36,197 bases of DNA, from the NCBI GenBank assembly GCA_018821745.1, contig JAHJLU010000009.1, positions 1 to 36,197 on the forward strand, read 5' to 3'. The position numbers and the translations under genes are program-made. Every line of letters starts with the position of its first letter. Position 1 is the first letter of the stretch. This stretch comes from Myxococcota bacterium (lineage in GTDB: Bacteria > Myxococcota_A > Polyangia > HGW-17). Below, piece by piece: positions 1 to 8,422 of this stretch. The notes beneath the pieces are model-generated. The model was not told where the DNA came from. It saw nothing but the letters and a program-made list of their open reading frames with translations, and made no database searches.

Positions 1-62
1 CGGGGGATACAAAGGGTTACCAAACCAACAATTATAATGGAGAAAGATAATGTGCGTGCCAT
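1..62 (-). CDS. N-terminal fragment (about 20 codons) of a signal-peptide/lipoprotein-like ORF running off the left edge
   Basis: There is a minus-strand ATG at 62..60 with AGGAGG (complement of 69..74) 6 nt upstream. The translation MARTLSFSIIIVGLVTLCIP is hydrophobic and signal-like, with a Cys. It is too short for the ORF track, so support is weak. Confidence 0.3.
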   Translation of the reverse strand, partial: MARTLSFSIIIVGLVTLCIP

Positions 63-672
63 GCTGCACCTCCTGTACGCCAAATAGCGCAAGGGGAGTG
101 CCAGACTTTCCGGTTCCCGAGAAAAAAAACCACAGAAAGCATGGAAAATATTGATATTTAACAAAAATATTGAATGCCAGCTTTTTTCAACCGGAAAAAA
201 CCGCTTCAGTTGTTTAAATTTTTTGCATCATTATTTCAATGACTTAAATCAAAAATAGACAGAATTTCATATTTTTTCTCACCCCATGGAACCTTTTTTG
301 GAGTAAGGATCTTGTGTATAATTCATCACAGCACGGGGAGTAAACACTGTGAATAGGCCCGTTTGGGCGTCCTCTGATGGCAAAACCCACGGAAGCAATC
401 GAGGGAATCAGAGGGGGCACTTTTTTTCATTGGACCGCAATAACAAACTTTAAGAGGTTTACAAAAGTCCCGGGATGATTAAATACCCAGAGTATTGCCT
501 GGTGGGATTGTGACGACGGTGACGGGCGATTAAACAGTGTAAGCTATTGGTTTTCATTACACTTCCTAATCTCCTTTTCAATTCATCCCATAAGTGCTAC
601 ACAGCGGCAGGTTATTTGCCCATGGCGGGTTTACCCGCGTGTCCCCCCACGGGCTCCTCAAGGAGAAAAGAA

Positions 673-3600
673 ATGGGTCTCAAAGAGATATTCGGAACCG
701 CCCACGAGCGAAAAATGGTGGCGCTCCAGCCTACCATCGACTTAATAAACTCCCTCGAGATGAAGTTTCGCAATATGACCGATGGTCAGATCAAGGCGAA
801 AACAAAGGAGTTCAAGGCTCGACTCAAAAAGGGTGAAACCCTTGATAATCTGCTCCCGGAAGCATTCTCCACCGTCCGTGAGGCGTCAATCCGGGTACTC
901 TCCATGCGCCATTTTGACGTCCAGCTCATCGGTGGCATTGTCCTCCACAACGGCTCCATCGCCGAGATGAAAACCGGTGAGGGAAAGACGCTGGTGGCCT
1001 CGTTGCCCCTGTATCTCAACGCCCTCGAGGGCAAGGGCGCTCACCTGGTCACGGTCAACGATTACCTGGCCTCCCGTGACGCTGACTGGATGGGGACCAT
1101 CTATAATTTCCTGGGCCTCTCCGTGGGAAAGATCATCCACGGCCAGTCGGACTGGGAAAAGCAAAAATCCTACCAGCACGATATCTGCTACGGCACCAAC
1201 TCCGAGTTCGGCTTCGATTACCTTCGCGATAACATGAAGGACTCCATCGAGCGCTATGTCCAGACGCGACTCCATTATGCCATCGTCGACGAGGTGGACT
1301 CCATCCTCATCGACGAATCCAGGACGCCGCTGATCATCTCCGGTCCCGCCGAGGGGGCGGTCAATCTTTATCAGCAGGTGAACGACGTCATCCCCTTCCT
1401 GCGAAGGGATGTGGACTACACCATCGACGAAAAATCCCACAACTCCATGCTCACGGACCACGGTGTCACGGCGGTCGAAGAGAAGCTGGAAATCGATAAT
1501 TTGTATGATCCCCGCAATGTGGAGTGGGTTCACCACGTCAACACTGCCCTGAAGGCACACACCCTCTATAAGCGAGATGTGAACTACCTGGTAGAAAAGG
1601 GACAGGTCATCATCATCGATGAATTCACAGGGCGTAAAATGGAGGGTCGACGATGGTCCGACGGTCTCCATCAGGCCATTGAGGCCAAGGAAAACGTGGA
1701 GATCGAGGAAGAGAACCAGACGCTGGCCACCATCACCTACCAGAACTTCTTCCGCATGTACAACAAACTGGGCGGGATGACCGGAACGGCTGAGACCGAG
1801 GCGGTGGAATTCCAGAAGACCTATAACATCGACGTCTCGGTTATTCCCACGAACCGGCCCGTGATCCGCAAGGACACAGAGGATCTCATCTACAAAAACG
1901 AGATGGCCAAGTTCCGGGCGGTTATCCGAGAGCTGCAGGACTGTCGGGAGCGAGGCCAGCCGGTGCTGGTTGGTACCATCTCCGTTGAAAAGACCGAGGT
2001 GCTCTCCAAACTCCTCACACGGCAGAAGATCGTCCATGAAGTACTCAATGCCAAAAACCACTGGCGCGAGGCCGATATCGTGGCACAGGCGGGCCGAAAG
2101 GGTGCGATCACCATCTCCACCAACATGGCCGGTCGTGGTACCGATATTATTCTGGGTGGAAACCCCACCTTCCTGGCCAAGCAGGAAGTGAATCCCGATG
2201 AGGATCCTGAAGGATACGTGGCCGCCCTGGAGCGATGGCAGGTAGCCTGCGCCAAAGAAAAGGAAGAGGTGCTGGCCGCCGGTGGGCTGCACATCCTGGG
2301 CACCGAACGCCATGAATCCCGCCGGATTGACAACCAGCTCCGCGGTCGTTCCGGCCGCCAGGGTGATCCGGGCAGCTCCCGATTTTACATCTCTCTTGAA
2401 GATGACCTCATGCGTATCTTTGGCGCCGAGCGCCTCCAGCGCATGATGGAGTGGATGAAAATGCCCGAGGATGAGCCCATCCAGCATCGGCTGGTCTCCC
2501 GCTCCATCGAGGACTCCCAGCGTCGTGTTGAGGCCCAGAACTTCGACATCAGAAAGAACCTGCTGGAATACGACAACGTCATGAACAACCAGCGCCAGGC
2601 CATATATAAACTGCGGCGCAATGTTCTCGAGGGGTATTACCAGGAAGAGATCTCCGAAGAAGAGATCAAAGCGGGGAAAAAACCAAAGGTCCCCACCACC
2701 TCGGGCCCATGGACCATGGATAAACTGGGCAAACGCATCAAGCCCTGGGTTATCCGCATCATGGACTACTTCATCCTCAAGGCCGAGGAGCGGAAAGCCG
2801 AGGCGGCTGGCATCGACACCACCGCAGAAGGGGTGGAGATCCCATCGGTCCCCTTCGAGCATTTGAATCTGGACTCACGAAACGTGACCCATGAACTGTA
2901 TCGTAACTTCGGGGCCGTGGTGGACCTTGAAGACGAGCTGCTCATGAGCAAAAACGCCTGCGTCGAGAAGTGTGTGGAGGTGATCTCCGCTTCTCTCATC
3001 CAGCAGCGCGAACGGATTCTCGACCTCATGGACGAGCTCCTGGGCTCCATGCTGGCTATCCACTGTCCCCCCGAGCAACACCCCGAAGACTGGGACATGG
3101 AAGGGCTGCTCAAAGAGATCAGTGAGGTCTTCAACCTCAAGGCCGACATCGACGACAGCACCCCCATGGACACCAAGGTCTATGCCCGCATCATCTTCAA
3201 ACAGCTTGAAGAGATCATCACGGCCAAAGAGGAATCCATGGGGACGGTGCAGTTCCTCTTCTTCGCCCGCCACTACTATCTCGATGAGATCGACTCCAAC
3301 TGGATCGATCACCTGCGCCGCATGGACCACCTGCGAGAAGGTATCGGACTTCGGGGCTACGCCCAGAAGGACCCGAAAATGGAATACAAAAAAGAGGGTT
3401 ACAACCTCTTCAGTTCCATGACCTTTGACATCAAACAGGGCGTCATTCAGCGAATTTTTGCCATCGAGATCGAAGAGGAGACCGATGAGCTCCCCGACTA
3501 CGAGCACAAGCAGATGGCGACCCGGGCCACCCTCTCGGGCGGGCAGACAGCGGCAGCCTCGGCGGGAACTCCGGGCTCAGAACCATCCAAAGTTGAACTG

Positions 3601-3738
3601 AGGAAACTCATCAAGCGGATTCCCCGAAATGGCCCGTGTCCCTGCAACAGTGGCAAAAAATACAAGGTGTGTCACCTGCGCAAGGATGAGGCAGCCATCC
3701 GCAAGGGTGAAGCCCCCGAGTGGTACGAGGAGTACTAG
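673..3738 (+). CDS. secA: Preprotein translocase ATPase SecA
   Basis: ATG at 673 is preceded by AGGAGA (661..666). The N-terminus MGLKEIFG.. is canonical for SecA. Motifs present: Walker A [11 protein letters not shown], DEAD-like [31 protein letters not shown]-type motif, and C-terminal zinc finger [13 protein letters not shown]. The track start at 547 (TTG) adds 42 non-conserved residues. Confidence 0.97.
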   Translation: [1021 protein letters not shown]

Positions 3739-3815
3739 CCTGCTTTTCAACAGGCTGTTTCACCCGGTGCAACCTTCCCCCGAGGCAGGTGTCCATTACA
3801 CTGAGGAGGTATGCC

Positions 3816-4214
3816 ATGAAACAAATATTGATCACTCTGACAGCGCTCATTGCCCTTACAGCGTGCGGAGGTTCCCAAAAAACCGCTTCATCCATGCCGG
3901 CCGCTCACATCCCCGATGGTTCCAAGGCCGTGCTGGAGGTGTTTTTTGATAGCAACGCCCGCCCCGGCATGTCACGGGAGGCGAAGCATCCTCTTACCTC
4001 TGCCGTGATGGCTCTCGATGCCCTCAAGCAAATTTTTTCCGAATTCAAGGATCGGGTGGAGTGCTACACCACCGTGAAGGACCACTTTGTGTTCTCCATC
4101 CGCCCCGAAAAGAGCGAGGGTGATCCCGGGGTCGCTGCCTGCTCCTACACACTGATTATCTATGCCAAACACAACGAAAAGCTCATGCGCTATTACTGGT
4201 TGTTGCGGCAGTAA
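3816..4214 (+). CDS. Small lipoprotein of unknown function
   Basis: ATG at 3816 follows GAGGAGG (3803..3809). The signal peptide has a lipobox (MKQILITLTALIALTAC). The stop lies 5 nt before the sigma-54 activator gene, so co-transcription is likely. Confidence 0.7.
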   Translation: MKQILITLTALIALTACGGSQKTASSMPAAHIPDGSKAVLEVFFDSNARPGMSREAKHPLTSAVMALDALKQIFSEFKDRVECYTTVKDHFVFSIRPEKSEGDPGVAACSYTLIIYAKHNEKLMRYYWLLRQ

Positions 4215-4219
4215 TTCCA

Positions 4220-5569
4220 ATGGATTCCCCCAAGGGCCACCTGCCCTGTGAAACCGTGACCACCATTTTGGAGTCCATCTCCGACGGTGTCTTCACCGTT
4301 GATCAGAATTTCTTCATCACCTCATTCAACAGGGCCGCGGAGACTATCACCGGTATCCCCAGGGACAAGGCCATCGGCAGACGATGCCATGAGGTCCTTC
4401 GCCCCAGCTTCTGCTCCTCCGGATGCGCCCTTGACCGCACTGTCAGGGAAGGTCGCCCCCTCCTCAATCAGAGCGGATACTTTCTCATGGCCAGGGGCAA
4501 CCGCATCCCCGTCTCCATCTCCACGGCTCTGCTCAAGGATCGTGACGGCACTGTCCAGGGAATGGTTGAGACCTTCAGCGACCTCTCCCGTGAGGAGGAG
4601 CTCCGGCGGGAGCTGCAGGGCACCATCAAGGTGGGGCGAATCATCACCCGTTCGCCCCTTCTGCGACGAATCCTCGATGTCCTCCCCCAGATTGGCATGT
4701 CAAAAAGCCCGGTGCTCATCGAAGGAGACACGGGGACTGGAAAAGAACTCCTGGCACGGGAGATTCATCTGCTCTCGGAGCGTCGCGGCAAGCCCTTCGT
4801 GGCCCTCAACTGCGGGGCCCTTCCCGACACACTCCTGGAGAGCGAGCTCTTCGGATACAAGGCCGGGGCATTCACTGGAGCACTTCGGGACAAGCCGGGA
4901 CTTTTTGCTACAGCCCACCAGGGGACCCTCTTTCTGGACGAGATCGGGGAAGTCTCGCCCGCGTTCCAGGTCAAGTTGCTGAGAGTCCTCCAGGAGGGTC
5001 GATACACGCGCCTGGGCGACGTCAAAGAGCAAGAGACCGATGTGCGGCTCGTCGCCGCTACAAACAAGAGACTGGCCACGGAGGTGGAGCGGGGAAATTT
5101 CCGTGAGGACCTCTATTATCGTATCAATGTCGTTCCTCTGGTCATCCCCCCACTCTCCCGAAGACCCGAAGATATCCCGCTGCTCGTGAACCACTTTGTG
5201 GAGCGTTTCTCCCGGATTCTCGGCAGACAGATTCAAGGGGTTGACCCTTCGGCCCTGGCGCTGCTGCTGACACACCCGTGGAAGGGCAACATCAGGGAGT
5301 TGGAGAATGCCGTGGAGCGGGCCTTTGTTCTCTCCACGGGGAACACCCTTCTGCCGGAGCATTTTCCTGGAATCGTCGGCTCGAGACTCCCCGAGGGAGA
5401 CTTGAAAGAATCCCCCGGTGATTTTGACGCACAGATGGACACCGCTGCCCGCCGGGTTATCCAGCACGCCATCTCCATGGCGGGGTCACGGCAGGGAGCG
5501 GCCAAGCTTCTGAACCTGCACAGAACCACCCTCTACCGCAAAATGAAGGACCTGGGTCTTGGTTCGTGA
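4220..5569 (+). CDS. Sigma-54-dependent transcriptional activator (PAS sensor, AAA+ domain, Fis-type HTH; no receiver domain)
   Basis: The N-terminus is PAS-like and carries C56/C65/C69. AAA+ motifs present: Walker A GDTGTGKE, sigma-54 contact loop ESELFGYKAGAFTGA, Walker B LFLDEIGE. The C-terminal HTH reads AAKLLNLHRTTLYRKMK. Confidence 0.93.
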   Translation: MDSPKGHLPCETVTTILESISDGVFTVDQNFFITSFNRAAETITGIPRDKAIGRRCHEVLRPSFCSSGCALDRTVREGRPLLNQSGYFLMARGNRIPVSISTALLKDRDGTVQGMVETFSDLSREEELRRELQGTIKVGRIITRSPLLRRILDVLPQIGMSKSPVLIEGDTGTGKELLAREIHLLSERRGKPFVALNCGALPDTLLESELFGYKAGAFTGALRDKPGLFATAHQGTLFLDEIGEVSPAFQVKLLRVLQEGRYTRLGDVKEQETDVRLVAATNKRLATEVERGNFREDLYYRINVVPLVIPPLSRRPEDIPLLVNHFVERFSRILGRQIQGVDPSALALLLTHPWKGNIRELENAVERAFVLSTGNTLLPEHFPGIVGSRLPEGDLKESPGDFDAQMDTAARRVIQHAISMAGSRQGAAKLLNLHRTTLYRKMKDLGLGS

Positions 5570-5606
5570 ACCGCGGGCGGGCATTCCCCCCTTCTTTTTG
5601 TAACCC

Positions 5607-6041
5607 CTAAGGGTTTCCCGTGGTTTTTACCGGCATGGGTGTCAGGGCGGGCATGGGCTGGGGATGTTCATGCCACAGCATGGATGTTTTTCCTGTCTTT
5701 TTGTCCAGACGGTAACACTCAGCGCCGCCACTCATGCCCCCTCCCGATCTGTGGTGCACCGTGATTTTATAATAGTCGGGAAACTCCACGATGGTGAGTC
5801 GATCGTTTTTGTATCCGGCGGTGAATTGTCTCAGATACTCCCCGGGCGTTTTGGGCCTGGTCGTGTTTCGGGCGTTCCGAGGCTGCAGGGGTGCTCGGGG
5901 CTCCCCGGGTGCTCGGCGCTGCCCCGGCGGCAGTGTCGGCTCCCCGTGGCCGGATACCCCGGCAGGTGTCGTATCGGCACCGGGCTGGCCACAACAGGCC
6001 GACACCAGCGCAATAATAAAAACAACTCCTCGTCCGCTCAT
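5607..6041 (-). CDS. Lipoprotein with Pro/Arg-rich linker and small C-terminal (possibly PepSY-like) domain
   Basis: ATG at 6041 has GGAGGAG 6-7 nt upstream. The lipobox is IIALVSAC. The overlapping plus-strand ORF 5664..6242 has no RBS or recognisable features. Function unknown. Confidence 0.6.
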   Translation of the reverse strand: MSGRGVVFIIALVSACCGQPGADTTPAGVSGHGEPTLPPGQRRAPGEPRAPLQPRNARNTTRPKTPGEYLRQFTAGYKNDRLTIVEFPDYYKITVHHRSGGGMSGGAECYRLDKKTGKTSMLWHEHPQPMPALTPMPVKTTGNP

Positions 6042-6134
6042 GGGAACTCCTCCGTAGGATACATGCTTCCTGCAACCAATATTTGGACACTATCTTTTCG
6101 TACTCTCCAACTCAACCACATTTTTTCCTGCCGC

Positions 6135-6183
6135 GATGCAGTATTGCAACATATTCTTCCCATTATGATGCATTATTGCATCA
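6135..6183. promoter_or_regulatory. Two 17-bp direct repeats, candidate enhancer (UAS) sites for the sigma-54 activator
   Basis: GATGCAGTATTGCAACA (6135..6151) and GATGCATTATTGCATCA (6167..6183) are 15/17 identical with 32 bp start-to-start spacing. Each contains TGCA-N4-TGCA half-palindromes. They lie about 75-125 bp upstream of the -24/-12 element. Confidence 0.4.
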
Positions 6184-6256
6184 CCACCCCCCCCTTCTCG
6201 CAGCGTCCATTCCACTCGCTGTTGAATTATTTACCAAAATAGTAAATTCAATGATT

Positions 6257-6272
6257 GGGCACTGAACTTGCG
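6257..6272 (+). promoter_or_regulatory. Sigma-54 (-24/-12) promoter candidate for the CoADR-rhodanese / NifX-like operon
   Basis: gGGCAC-tgaac-TTGCg matches TGGCAC-N5-TTGC with correct GG-to-GC spacing (G6259 to G6270 is 11 nt). It sits about 37 nt upstream of the ATG at 6309, and a sigma-54 activator gene is adjacent. Confidence 0.55.
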
Positions 6273-6308
6273 GCACTAAGGCCCGTCGGGGGGCGCGAAA
6301 GGACACAA

Positions 6309-8006
6309 ATGGCACAAAAACGCATCGTTATTATTGGCGGCAGCGCCGCTGGACCCAAAACCGCCGCCCGCGCCAGGCGACTGGACCAGAGAGCCCTCAT
6401 CACCCTGATTGAACGGGGGCCCGACCTCTCCATGGCTTCCTGCGGATACCCCTATTACGTTGGTGGTGTCTTCGACTCACGAAACTGCCTCATCGAGACC
6501 CCCACGGGGGTCCCCAGAAACCCGGGCTTCTTCCTCAACGCGAAGAATATCATCGCCAGAGTCAACTGCGAAGTAACAACCATTGATCGCGCTCAGCGCA
6601 CCGTCACATGCCGGAACACCCTCACGGGCGAGGTCGATGTGGTCCCCTATGACAAGCTCATGATCGCCACGGGTTCATCCCCGAGACTTCCCCCCCTGGA
6701 GGGGATCGACCTTGAGGGCGTCACCACCCTCCAGTCCATGAAGGATGCCGACTACCTGCGTGCCATCCGGGATGAAAGGCGTGTAAAAAAGGCCATCATC
6801 ATCGGCGGGGGTCTCATCGGTATCGAGACCGCTGAAGCGCTCCAGCTCGCGGGCATCGAGATCACCATAGTGGAGCTCATGGACCAGCTCCTCCCCTTTT
6901 TGGACTGGCAGTTGGCCAAACTGGTGGAGAACCACCTCAAGTCCAAGGGCGTCAATGTCCTCCTGGGGAACGGTGTGGCCGCATTCACGGGAGAGGCTGG
7001 CACGCTCACGGGCGTCAAACTCGCCAGCGGCACAGAGCTTCCCTGTGAGCTGGCGGTTGTAGCCGTTGGCGTAAAGCCCAGCTCCCAACTGGCAAAGGCA
7101 GCGGGGCTGGAGATCGGTGTCACCGGCGGGATCAAGGTCAACCATTTCATGGGGACCACGGACCCCGATATTTACGCCGCGGGGGACTGTGTGGAGATCT
7201 GCAACTGCATCACCGGTGCCCAAACCTACGCCCCCATGGGTGATCTGGCCAACCTCCAGGGTCGGGTCGCTGCGGACAACATCATCCTCGGCGACAGCGT
7301 CCAGTTCTCGGGGACCATCAACACCGGGATTTGCAAAATATTCGACTTCGCCGCGGGGGCCACCGGACTCACGGAGGCTGCAGCCTTGAAAGCAGGCTAT
7401 GACGTGGAGACCGTGGTCAACGCGAGCCCTGACAAGCCGGGGTTTATGGGCGCAAAGTTGCTGGTCTCCAAAATGGTGGTGGACAGAAAAACAGGAAAGC
7501 TTCTGGGATATCAATGCACCGGTCCCGGTGACGTGTCCAAGCAGGTCGCCCAGGGGGCCATGGCCATCCGAGGCCAACTGACCGTCGCACAGATGATGGA
7601 TCTTGATCTGCCCTATGCGCCCCCCTTCTCTCTGGCAATTGACCACTTCATTGCCTCGGCTCACATAATGGACAACAAGCTCAAGGGCCGCATGAGCGGT
7701 ATCTCCACCCGACAGGTCCGGGAGATGCAGTGCAGGGGCGAGAAGGGAACCTTCTTCCTGGATGCCCGCGGTCCCGACGAGTTCGAGGCCATGCGCCTGG
7801 GAATCGGGGAGGTCCTCATCCCCCTGGGCGCCCTGAGGAAAAGACTGGGTGATCTGCCACCTGACAAAAATCACCCCATTGTCTGTTACTGCAAGATCTC
7901 CCTTCGGGGATATGAAGCCGCGCTCATTCTCATGGACGCAGGCTATACCAATGTTCGCGTCATGGAAGGCGGCATCATGGCCTGGCCCTTCCCACGGGAA
8001 AAATAG
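6309..8006 (+). CDS. FAD-dependent CoA-disulfide reductase/NADH oxidase family enzyme fused to a C-terminal rhodanese domain (persulfide/polysulfide reductase-like)
   Basis: ATG at 6309 follows AAAGGA. Motifs present: FAD fold IVIIGGSAAGPKTAARA, redox Cys in SMASCGYPYY, second dinucleotide fold AIIIGGGLIGIETAE, and rhodanese active-site loop CYCKISLRG near the C-terminus. Confidence 0.92.
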   Translation: MAQKRIVIIGGSAAGPKTAARARRLDQRALITLIERGPDLSMASCGYPYYVGGVFDSRNCLIETPTGVPRNPGFFLNAKNIIARVNCEVTTIDRAQRTVTCRNTLTGEVDVVPYDKLMIATGSSPRLPPLEGIDLEGVTTLQSMKDADYLRAIRDERRVKKAIIIGGGLIGIETAEALQLAGIEITIVELMDQLLPFLDWQLAKLVENHLKSKGVNVLLGNGVAAFTGEAGTLTGVKLASGTELPCELAVVAVGVKPSSQLAKAAGLEIGVTGGIKVNHFMGTTDPDIYAAGDCVEICNCITGAQTYAPMGDLANLQGRVAADNIILGDSVQFSGTINTGICKIFDFAAGATGLTEAAALKAGYDVETVVNASPDKPGFMGAKLLVSKMVVDRKTGKLLGYQCTGPGDVSKQVAQGAMAIRGQLTVAQMMDLDLPYAPPFSLAIDHFIASAHIMDNKLKGRMSGISTRQVREMQCRGEKGTFFLDARGPDEFEAMRLGIGEVLIPLGALRKRLGDLPPDKNHPIVCYCKISLRGYEAALILMDAGYTNVRVMEGGIMAWPFPREK

Positions 8007-8016
8007 GAGAATTTAT

Positions 8017-8385
8017 ATGAAAATTGCTGTACCTGTAGAAAACGGAGTCCTCTCAGCCCACTTTGGTCACTGTGAGCACTTTGCCCTCATCACCGTAAAT
8101 GAAGCGGGAGTCATCACAGAAGAGGAGTCTGTGGACGCCCCCCAGCACCAGCCCGGTCTCTTTCCACGCTGGCTCTCCAGCCTGGGAGCCGACGTGATAA
8201 TCGCCGGCGGCATGGGACAGATGGCCCGCCAGCTCTTTGAGCAGAACAACATCGAGGTGGTGGCAGGCGCTCCCACCCAGGCGCCGAAAACGCTGGTGGA
8301 ATCCTTTATCAAAGGCACCATGGGAACCAATGACGCCCCCTGTGAAGGTGGCCACGGCCACGGAGGGGATTGCGGCGGCCACTGA
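8017..8385 (+). CDS. NifB/NifX-family (dinitrogenase FeMo-cofactor-binding-like) small protein with Cys/His-rich tail
   Basis: ATG at 8017 is 6 nt after AGGAGA and 11 nt after the upstream stop. The sequence MKIAVPVENGVLSAHFGHCEHFALI...DVIIAGGMGQMARQLF is typical of the NifX/NifB C-terminal-like family. The tail reads CEGGHGHGGDCGGH. Confidence 0.85.
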   Translation: MKIAVPVENGVLSAHFGHCEHFALITVNEAGVITEEESVDAPQHQPGLFPRWLSSLGADVIIAGGMGQMARQLFEQNNIEVVAGAPTQAPKTLVESFIKGTMGTNDAPCEGGHGHGGDCGGH

Positions 8386-8422
8386 GCCTTTTACCGCTTT
8401 CGCTAATCACCCTTTTACGGTA

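Noticed and set aside
547-672. N-terminal 42-codon extension of secA from a TTG start
   Set aside because: The extension (MVFITLPNLLFNSSHKCYTAAG..) is not SecA-like. The ATG at 673 has an AGGAGA RBS and yields the canonical SecA N-terminus.
886-2862. 658-aa ORF antisense to secA
   Set aside because: The plus-strand frame carries unmistakable SecA motifs. The antisense translation is low-complexity (G/D/V/L/H-rich) with no RBS or motifs. It is a shadow ORF of the kind expected opposite genes with strong G/C third-position bias.
5664-6242. 192-aa plus-strand ORF between the activator and the CoADR-rhodanese gene
   Set aside because: It has no RBS, a Cys/Arg/Gly-rich nonsense-like translation, and overlaps a minus-strand lipoprotein ORF that has a strong GGAGGAG RBS and a lipobox.
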